Shown one piece after another: positions 53,999-64,000 of a DNA stretch of 64,000 bases. Every line of letters begins with the position of its first letter. Position 1 is the first letter of the stretch. The DNA lies in NCBI RefSeq assembly GCF_963921235.1, contig NC_086097.1, positions 56,918,001 to 56,982,000 on the forward strand. The letters are read 5' to 3'. The DNA comes from Mobula hypostoma (lineage: Eukaryota). The notes under the pieces were generated by a model. The model saw nothing but the letters and a program-made list of their open reading frames with translations, made no database searches and had not been told where the DNA came from. A program made the position numbers and the translations under genes.

Positions 53999-56235
53999 GA
54001 GGATAAATGCGTGGCTGAGGGATTGGAGCAGGGGGTGGGGTTTCAGATTCCGGGATCATTAGGAACACTTTTGGGACAGGCGTGACCTGTACAAAAAGGA
54101 CGGGTTGCACTTGAATCCGAGGGGGACCAATTTCCTGGCAGGGAGGTTTGCTAATGCTGTTGGGGAGAGTTTGAACTAGAATTGCTGGGGGGCTGGGAAC
54201 CGAATTGAAGAGATGAAGGAAGGGGTTGTTGGCTCTCAAATAGAGAAAGCTTGGAGACAGAGCTAGGATAGGCAGGTTATAGAGAAGGGACGAGCTCAGA
54301 CCAGTGGTTTGAGAGGTTGTTTGTTTAAATGCAAGGAGTTTTATGAACAAAGCGGATGAGCTTAGAGTGTGGATCAGTACTTGGAGCCATGATGTTGTGG
54401 CCATTACAGAGACTTGGATGACTCAGGGGCAGGAATGGTTATCTAGAGTGCCTGGCTTTAGATATTTCAGAAAGGACAGGGAGGGAGGGAACAGAGGTGG
54501 GGATGTGGCACTGCCGATCAGAGATAGTGTTACGGCTGCAGAAAAGAAGGAAGTCATGGAGGGATTGTCTACTGAGTCTCTATGGGTGGAAGTTAAAAAC
54601 AGGAAGGGGTCAATAACCCTACTGGGTGTTTTTTATAGACCACTCAATAGTAACAGGGACATTGAGGAGCAGATAGGGAGACAGAATGAGTCCTGACGAA
54701 GGGTCTCGGCCTGAAATGTCAGCTGAAACTCTTCCAATAGATGCTGCCTGGCCTCAGCAACTTTGATGTGTGTAATAATAACAGGGTTGTCGTGTTGAGA
54801 GATTTTAATTTCCCAAAAATTGATTGGCATGTCCCTAGAGCGAGGAGTTTCGATGGGGTGGAGTTTGTTAGGTTTCTTGACACAATATGTAGATAAGCCT
54901 ATAAGAGGAGAGGCTGTACTTGATGTGGTTTTGGGAAATGAACCTGGTCAGGTGTCAGGTCTCTCAGCGGGAGAGCATTTTGGAGATGGTGATCACAATT
55001 CTATCTCCTTTACCATTGCATTGGAGAGGGATAGGAACAGACAAGTTAGGAAAGTGTTAGTTGGAGTAGCGGGAAATATGAGTCTATCAGGCAGGAACTT
55101 GGAAGCATAAATTGGGAACAGAAGTTCTCAGGGAAATGTATGGCAGAAATGTGGCAAATGTTCAGGGAATATTTGCGTGGTGTTCTGCAAAGGTACGTTC
55201 CAATGAGATGGGAAGAATGGTAAGGTACAGGAAGAGTGGTGTACAAAGGCTGTTGAAAATCTAAGTCGAGAAGAAAAGCTTATGAAAGGTTCAAAAAAAA
55301 CTAGGTAATGACAGAGATCTAGAAGATTATAAGGCTAAAGGGAAGGAGCTTAAGAAAGAAATTAGGAGAGCCAAAAGGGGCCATGAGAAGGCCTTGGCAG
55401 ACGGGATTAAGGAAAACCCCAGGGCGTTCTACAAGTATGTAAAGATCAAGAGGATAAGATGTGAGAGAATAGGACCAATCAAGTATGACAGTGGAAAAGT
55501 GTGTATGGAACCGGAGGAGATGGCAGAGATACGTGGTGAATACTTTGCTTCAGTATTCACTATGGAAAAGGATCTTGGCAATTGTAGGGATGGATTGAAA
55601 AGCTTGAGCATATAGACATTAAGAAAGAGGATGTGCTGGAGCTTTTGGAAAGCGTCAAGTTGGATAAGTCTCCAGGACCGGATGAGATGTACCCCAGGCT
55701 ATTGTGGGAGGCGACGGAGGAGATTGCTGAGCCTCTGGCAAGGAGAGTTCTGGACTCCTCACTACAGGAAGGATATGGAAACTATAGAAAGGGTGCAGGG
55801 GAGATTTACAAAAATGCTGCCTGAATTGGGGACATGCCTTATGAGAATAGGTGGAGTGAACTTGGCCTTTTCTCCTTGGAGTGACGGAGGATGAGAGGTG
55901 ACCTGATAGAAGTGTACAAGATGATGAGAGGCATTGATCGTGTGGATAGTCATAGGCTTTTTCCCAGGGCTGAAATGGCTAACACGAGAGGGCACAGTTT
56001 TAAGGTGCTTGGAAGTAAGTACAAAGGAGTTGTCAGGGGTAAGATTTTTCATGCAGAGGGTGGTGAGTGTGTGGAATGGGCTGCCAGTGACGGTGGTGGA
56101 GGCGGATATGATAGGGTCTTTTAAGAGACTCCTGGATAGGTACATGGAGCTGAGGAAAATAGAGGGCTGTGGGTAACCCTAGGTAATTTCTGAAGTAAGT
56201 ACATGTTTGGCACAGGCGGAAGGGCCTGTATTGTG
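53999..56235 (+). mobile_element. CR1 LINE: ORF1 end, APE endonuclease, internal deletion of RT, 3' end
   Basis: DLYKKDGLHLN, DVVAITETW, GVFYRP, LDKSPGPDEMYPRLL, then a direct jump to FWTPHYRKD. Confidence 0.9.
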
Positions 56236-56799
56236 CTGTAATTTTTCTGTGTTTTTATATACATGAGAGTGATGTGGGCGAATTAAAGGACAGGCCAGAG
56301 TCCTAAGTCTACGCTCTGCTTTTGAAAGTCAGTGACACGGACATGGGACATCCGTAGATTGGGCCAGGATGTCCGGCTGCATATCTAGCTGACAGAGTAG
56401 TGAAGATGAAGGCTGGTGAGTCGTCCAGGGTCAGCAAGTCCGCAGTTGGAGTTCCACTTGGGCTTGAGATAATGCCCGATGACCTCCTGGGTTCACAGAT
56501 CGGTGACACCTGAGTTCTAGACCTGGTGTTCGGGATCCCATTATTCGTGATTCTGAGGTTTGAGGCCTGGTGTTTGTTCAGTGATCAACAGGTCCAGTGG
56601 TTGAGCTGGGGTTGGAGGCCTGATTTGATCTGAATCGGAAGTCATAAAGTTAGAACACTGCAGCAGAGATACTGGCCCCTTGGCCCATCTAGCTATTAAT
56701 CTGCCCAGTCCCACCAGGAGTGTTGGTTGTTAATGTTAATGCAAGTGATGCATTTCACTGTGTATTTCAATGTCTACGTGATAAATAGAAATGAACCTT

Positions 56800-57375
56800 G
56801 AAGTATAGCCGCTGATCTGCCTTCTTTGTGGTTGCATCACAATTTTGGGCTTCAGATAACTTCTCTGAAATGTTGACACACAGGAAATTGAGGCTGCACA
56901 CCCTTTCTTTCCATCACTGATCCCTCAATGAGGACTGATGTGAGTTCTCCCACTTTATCCTTCATGAAGTCCGCAATCATTTCCTTAGTCTTGACATTGA
57001 GTGCAAGGTTGTTGTTGCAGTGTTGCTCAGTCAGCCAATTTATCTTGCTCTTGTAGGCCTCCTTGTCATCATCTGAGATTCCGCCAACAATAGTGATGTC
57101 TTCAGCGGATTTATAGATGGTGTTTGAGCTGTGCCTATACACAGGGTTGCAAGTGTAGAGAGTAGAGCAGTGGGCTAAGCACCATCCTTAAGGTGTGCCT
57201 GTGTTTATTGCCAGCAAGGAGGAGATATTATTACTGATTTGCACTGATGGTGGTCTACCAATGAGAAAGTCAAGAATCTAGTTACAGAGACCCAGGTTTT
57301 GAAGCTTGTTGATTAAATACTGAGGGGGTGATGGTATTGAACCTTGAGCTGTAATCACTAAACTTCAACCTGATG
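56800..57375 (-). mobile_element. Rex/Babar-like LINE fragment (its 3' part is probably 53695-53998)
   Basis: SNTIYKSAEDITIVG, NNLALNVKTKEMI. Confidence 0.75.
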
Positions 57376-58174
57376 TCATTATATAGATTGTCTATTTTGG
57401 TCTTCTGCAGTTACTTAAATGAGCTGTGATCCTGCATTTCTCTTCTCTTTACTCCATTGCATTATGTCCATAGGACAATATTTCATTTAAATGATCCCAT
57501 TCCCCACTAAACTTCAGATTTATTTTATTTTTGTTGGTAGGAATTGCAGATTATTTCCCAGGCTTCTCCATAATGCTTCTTAAAAATTGTTGTTAATAGT
57601 ACCCCATATTTGATTTTTCTTGTAAAAATGTGCTCCTTTTTTGACCTAGAACACATAGAATTGTAACAGCAGAAAAAGAGACATTCAGCTGATCAAATCT
57701 GGACATATTCTTGGCTTTGCCCTGCCTCAATCCCATCCTCCTCTTCCTTATTGTAGTATTAAACATTTTTTTTAAACTTAGAAATGTTTATCTTCATTCT
57801 TGAAAGCCATTCTTTTCAAGCAATGCATTTATTTTCACATCCAAAATATCAAATGACCTGCCCTGTAAAGTCATATATTATCCATCATTGACTGACCTCT
57901 CTTAGCTTCTGGCTTATTCAACCATGCTATCTCTCTCAAGTATTTACTTTTGTTTAATTCTATTCTTTTCTACAATAATGTAGCCGACAATCTCTGGCAA
58001 TGTTTCTTTTTTTCTTTTAATCACACATCTGCAGTTCCCGAACGACGAGTCAGAATGTTTCTTCACTTAAGTGCTTGAAGGAAATGTTTCCCTTGGAGAA
58101 GCTGAGTCAGGTTTGATATTGTACAGTGGTAATACCAAGCTTCATCTCCATGATTTCTTTCATCTCCTTCACTA

Positions 58175-59439
58175 CAGCAAGAGTTGCAAGAAAAAGTTTG
58201 TGAACGATTTGCAATTACCAGGTTTTCTGCATTAATTACTCATAAAATGTGGTCTGATCTTCTAAGTCACAATAATAGACAAACAATCTGCCTAAACTAA
58301 TAACATACAAACAATTGTACTTCTTCTCAACAATACTGAGTACACCATTTAAATTATCACAGTCTGCGTTCAAAAATGTATGTGAACCTCCTGGGTAATG
58401 CCTTCTACAAAAGCTAGTTGGAGTCAGGTGTTCTGATTAACGAGATGAGATTGGAGGTGTGGGTTGTCGAGGTGCTCCGCCCTATATAAAGGACACACAA
58501 GTCTGGTTACTGACAGAGCCTGCTCTTCTCATGAAAGACCTGTTTGTGTGCACCATGCCTTAGAAGAAGAAGCTGGAAAAAGGCTCCAAAAACATTTCTG
58601 AAGATCTGAGTGTTCACCAGTCCACAGTGAGAGAAATTGGCTACAAAATGGAAGAAATTCAGTGCTAGGAGAGGACATTCTGCAAAGATCACCCCAAGAG
58701 CACAATATGCAATGTGGAAGGAGGTGAAAAAGAACCCAAGGGTAACAACAAGAGACCTGCAGAAATCTCTGGAATTTACTGGAATTATGGAATTTCTCTG
58801 GAATTATGTCTATTTTCATAAGAAAAACACTGAACAAAAATGGTGTTCATGGAAGGACACTACAGAGGAAACCACTGCTCTCCGACAATGAATTCAAAAT
58901 TGTATCGAGATATTTTACAGGAGAATGTCAAGTTAGCATTCCATCACCTGAAGCTTAATAGAAGTTGGATGATGCAACAAGACAGTGATCCAGAACACAA
59001 GTAAATCAGCAACAGAATGGTTTAAAAAGAAGAAAGTTTGTGTTTTGGAAAGGCCAAGTAAGAGTCCAGACCTCAACCGAATTGAGATGCTGTGGTATGA
59101 ACTGAAAGTTTTGTATGGAGGAATGGTATAAAATACCTCCTTGGTGTTGTACAAGTCTGATCAACAGCTACAGGAAGCATTTGATGGAGGTTATTGCTTC
59201 TAAAGGAGGTCTACCAGTTTTTAAGTATAAAGGCTCTCATACTTTTTCCAGCCTGGACTGTGAGTGATTAAACAATGTATTCAATAAAGATATAAAAAGT
59301 ACAAGTGTTTGTGTTTTATTTAGGCAGATTGTGTTTGTCTATTATTGTGACTTAGATGAGGATCAGAACACATGTTATGGGTAATTAATGCAGAAAACCA
59401 GGTAACTGCAAAAGGTTTACAAACTTTTTCTTGCAACTA
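58175..59439 (+). mobile_element. Tc1-like transposon with long TIRs, decayed transposase
   Basis: Inverted arms of at least 150 bp (agttgcaagaaaaagtttgt / acaaactttttcttgcaact); [38 protein letters not shown]. Confidence 0.9.
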
Positions 59440-60074
59440 TATGTTGTTAGACTGATTTACATTTTGGAGTACATTGCAGTTTAATCAGGGAAAACATTGC
59501 ATATTTATCTTCACAAGTAAATGCAGAAAAATTCAACATTCCTCATCACAGGAACTCCTTTTGGTTTTTGTTACTCCTTTCCTGGTCTTCAGTGTCTCCT
59601 AACTGTCATCTGGTTTTCAGCTCATCTATAAATGCTGCATTAATTCCTGGTTGAGACAGTAATTATGCCATAAGATACAAAATAATATCATATGGCTGAG
59701 AGTGTCTCAAGGACTGTAAAGGGGATTCGTACAAATATTTCTCCCGATTGGCTTTGAGCAACTTCAACTGTTTGTATTGTAATTTGGCTATAAGGCATCA
59801 CATTTGCCTGAGACAGAGTGAATGATACAGCTGTTAGTTTTCTTCAAGATAAGTTAGTTCAGCGCCTATTCCTTACATGTATGTTCTATGTGAGGTTTTG
59901 CCTCCACCTCGATTATTCCAAACAACATAACCTTGTATTCTTTTTGTTTGCATGCTGCTCTCCCCATATCTGTGGTGTTTGCCTCAAACATTTAATGGTT
60001 GTGGCTTCCATATTCTTGGCACTCTTAAATAAGTTTCTTATGAATTCCTAATTCAATTTATTGGTGATTGATAT

Positions 60075-60615
60075 TAGACAATAGACAATAGGTGCAGGAG
60101 TAGGCCATTTGGCCCTTTGAGCCAGCACCGCCATTCACTCTGATCATGGCTGATCATTCACAATCGGTATCCAGTTCCTGCCTTATCCCCATAACCTTTG
60201 ATTCCGCTATCTTTTAAGAGCTCTATCCATATCTTTCTTGAGAGCATCCAGAGACTTGGCCTCCATAGCCTCTGGGGCAGAGCATTCCATATATCCACCA
60301 CTCTCTGGGTGAAAAAGTTTTTCCTCAACTCCGTTCTAAATGGCCTAATTCTTAAACTGTGGCCTTTGGTTCTGGACCCACCCATCAGCATGAACATACT
60401 TCCTGCCTCCAGCATGTCCAATCCCTTAATAATCTTATATGTTTCAATAAGATCCCCTCTCAGCCTTCTAAATTCCAGAGTATACAAGCCCAGTCGCTCC
60501 AATCTTTCAACATATGACAGTCCCGCCATCCCGGGAATTAACCTTGTGAACCTACGCTGAACTCCCTCAATAGCAAGAATGTCCTTCCTCAAATTTGGAG
60601 ACCAAAACTGCAAAT
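60075..60615 (-). mobile_element. Relatively young CR1 3' fragment
   Basis: QFWSPNLRKDILAIEGVQRRFTRLIPG...RGDLIETYKI; (agacaat) tail repeat. Confidence 0.9.
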
Positions 60616-61844
60616 ATTTGCAAATTCTTCTGGAAAAGAAATAAGGAAATTCAGAATTTCTAAGAGAAATATTTTTTAATGTCAATAAATTTGGATTTCC
60701 TTTTGCTCTGCAGATTTTTCTGTTTTTGCAGTTTCTTTTTAAAGCGTCTTACACGTCCTTTGCTTTTTAATTGTTCTCTCCTTGCAGGTCTTCTCCACAA
60801 GATGGTTCATGAAGCCTTTGATTTCAGTTCAAGTTTATTTTTTCCATTTCACTCATTTTCGGATTTGTTTGTTATGCACCTCTGAAGCATTATGCCCTGT
60901 CAAAAAGAATATTGTGCTCTTAAAGATACAGTTGTTAATTTGAAGATAATTAGTCTTTTCTGTGTCATTTTTGTAAAGCTTTTCTGTTTGTTGCATTTCT
61001 TTTATGTACATTGCACTGATCTCAACTTTGATTTAATGAAGGATATATGAAATTTAACGGGAGCTATCTGCTTCTGCTTTCTGTGTCTATGGAAGTGAAT
61101 CCTAGCACCACTTTTACATTTATATGGAGTTATTTATCTGCACTGCTCTTGCTTGAACAAATGTCTACTTTCATTGTTCTACCCTGTCCATGTACAGGTT
61201 TCCTGAACTTATCCATACTGTCAAAATGTGATATTTTGCTTATCGTGCTGAAATTTATTTAGTAATTTATTTTTATTTTTTATTTTTATTATATTATTTT
61301 AGTTTGAAACTGTACACCAAATTCTCCCACCATAATCATTAATTTACCTTGCAAAACAATTGAATGTCACTTTTTGTGCATCCATTTCTTTCTAAATAGT
61401 AGATGCTTGTTTTTCATTTAGTTGTTGGTCCCTGGATCCAGGCATCCAAATGGTCTCAAATCTTCTGTTTTATTGAAAGCTTTTGAAAAATCAAAATACA
61501 TTTTGGTGTCTATTACATTTCAAACATCAACTGCCTGAAGAATTAAGAAAAGCTGGTCAAATATTTTGTTCTCTTTTGCTCTGTTTTAATTTCAATCTTT
61601 AAATTCTCTGCTACATCATTGAGTGGGGATTGAATTGTTTTCTGTGTCATCATCACCATTAACTCTATCTGCCTGAATGTAGACCTGATTTCCAAAGACA
61701 TTCTTGGGAAGTATGCTGATGAAGTGATGTTGGTTTTGGCATGAATATTGAGAAGATAGAAACTCTTCCTTTATGTCATGCTTATCTGAGAAGCCAGATG
61801 GTTTCTTGACATAACCTTTCAACCAAAAGGTAACAGTTTTAACA

Positions 61845-62060
61845 TGAAAGATTGCAGATGCTGGAAATCAGGATAAACAACAAAAAATGCTAAAGGAATT
61901 CAGCAAGTCAGACAGCATCTATGGAGGGAAATGAATGGTCGATGTTTGTGGCTGACAGTTGAAGAGTCCCGATGAAGGATCTTGGATTGAAATGTAAGCT
62001 GTTCATTTTCCTCTGTACATGCTGTCTGGCCTGTTGAGTTCTTTCAGCATTTTGTGTGTG
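61845..62060. repeat. Inverted pair of Penelope-derived terminal repeats
   Basis: Minus copy at ~61845-61952; plus copy from ~61965 with decayed core CCGATGA. Confidence 0.75.
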
Positions 62061-63187
62061 TTGAGGTATTTTATAACCTGTCTTTCTATCCCACTCTTTC
62101 TCTCTCTCTCCCGCTGTATCCTCTCGTTTTTCTTGCTATATCTTTCCTGTCTCCCAATGTATCTCCTCCCCCCTCATATATACACACACAGTTATGTATA
62201 AGTGAGAATTATTTTTTACTCTGGCTCACCATTCTTGAAAAGAGTGGAGTTCTGTTGAGGTTTTCTTGTTAGTAGTTTCTACTTTTGCATCTGCTTAATA
62301 AATGATTTAGTCCATAATCAAGAAAACAGTCTGACTTCTTGGATCCTAGGTGACGTGCAAGAGCAGAATATTTTGTTTGTTTGAAATCAATCAGCAACTG
62401 CCTGTAATTGTAACAAGCTCCACTAATATGCTGGCTATGACTGAAATTTGCACATACAAAGGCAAATCTGAGTGTTGTCCCTTTAACACAGCATTTAATT
62501 GATGTCCATTGCAGACAGTGGTTTGAAATTTACTGAATTGACAACAATAACTTCCTGTTGCCTGTACGCTAAGCTTGGCAGCATACCTAGGTGATGTGTA
62601 CTTCCAGTTTCCAGTTTTAAATGTATACAGTTCTAAAATTTACAGTCATTAAGTTAATGCATAATGTTCCATTCAAGCATGATTTTTCTATAATGATTTT
62701 TACCCTGAGATATAAAATGTTTGATCAGCATGTTTAGATTGTTTTCCAATCTACAGATATGTTTTTGTTAGCTGTTGATGTGTAACCTTCTGGAGTTTTG
62801 TCATAATTTAACCATTATATATATCAATTCATTGGAGAAATACAAGCCTAAATCTTAGACTGTCAAACAAGAAATAAGTTTAATTAAGTTAAATACAGGA
62901 GTGAACATTAGATATATTGGGGTTTAGTTTGTGGCAGTTTGTTTTGAGTGGTTTAGTATTTCACGAGAGAGTTGTCATTGTTGCGGCAAAGTTCCAATTT
63001 TGTATCTATGGTTTCTTTAGTTTATTTGGCTAGTGAGAATTCGATATGGTTCACAGTTAAAGATCTCAGTCCTCATGTTGGTCATTAACTGATGTATGTT
63101 CAAGGATATGAATGTTTTGGAGCTTTAGGTGATTGCTTTTGTAAGCTAAAGGAATCCAGTGGCTTTTATTTAGCAGCTACCAATCAT

Positions 63188-63221
63188 GTCCTGACGAAGG
63201 GTCTTGGCCTGAAACGTCGAC
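63188..63221 (+). ncRNA. Minimal type-I hammerhead ribozyme motif in a Penelope-derived repeat (repeat runs to ~63315)
   Basis: GTC-CTGACGA-AGGGTCTTGGCCT-GAAA-CG-TC^GAC: both core boxes intact, stem II present, stem I GTC/GAC. Confidence 0.75.
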
Positions 63222-64000
63222 TGCACCTCTTCCTACAGATGCTGCCTGGCCTGCTGCGTTCACCAGCAACTTTTGATGTGTGTTGCTTGAACTTCCAGCA
63301 TCTGCAGAATTCCTGTTGTAATCATGTTTCACTTACTGTTTTTATTTATGAGTGATGTATTTACTAATAGCAGATGTTTAGGCTTGTTAATTAGGACTGT
63401 TTGTTTTAACGAAGAGAGAGCAAGAGAGAATTCTGTTATAATTACATGTTTGATCAGTTTTTTTGGCAAAGGCAATAAAGCATACATTCAGCATCTAAAG
63501 ATCAGTTCTTAACTAGAAGGTAAGCATAGCTGATTTATCTAAATGGTAAACCCAGATTCTGGGCTTGAAGAACTTTCCAAGGAACTTCGATGTATTTTAT
63601 TTATTTACAAAACAACTAAGATACTTTGATAATTTAGTGTTAGCTATTTTTGGGTTAAATATAGTAAAAGTGTACAAGATGTAATAACAAAATAGCGATA
63701 GTTTTCAAATGCAGGTGGGGAAAATGAGAAAGCAAGACAATTTAAAAAAGAAAGTGAAGGTTTTCAATGTGTCTATGTTTCATACAGATAACAATGAATA
63801 ACAATATAAAGTTAACAACAGCGATTTTCGTCATAACCTTTAGTTCAGGTTCAAGTTTGTTATTCAGCCGTATACATGTATGCTGCCAAACTAACAAACA
63901 CTCCTTTGAACCTGCATGCACAACACATAAAGTAATATTACCACAAAATATTAATATATATTCCAGAAGATTGACATTTAGCACAAGGTGCATTTACGTC

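Noticed and set aside
56345..56373. Hairpin GGACATCC/GGATGTCC in a GC-richer patch
   Set aside because: A single 8-bp stem inside probable retroelement debris, with no further support.

Overview
Vertebrate genomic DNA. The repeat mix (CR1, Rex/Babar-like, L1, Tx1, Penelope, V-SINE-like, Tigger, hAT, Tc1) suggests a cartilaginous fish, probably a ray; this is inference. Host genes: (i) the last five coding exons of proteasome subunit PSMA3 (+ strand, 1480-12151), read directly with GT-AG junctions; (ii) a CpG island at about 44200-45700 with a short exon ending ATGAAG|GCAAGT, which by synteny and exon structure is probably the start of ARID4A. Most of the rest is decayed transposable elements, and nearly every ORF in the supplied track is TE-derived or spurious. 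Best leads: a dispersed Penelope-derived ~130-nt repeat carrying a minimal hammerhead ribozyme; one such insertion that captured ~115 bp of nearby DNA between inverted copies; a four-level TE nest with readable target-site duplications (TSDs); a GC-AG donor after the ARID4A start codon; and a probable divergent antisense transcript. I found no evidence for a wholly new protein-coding system.
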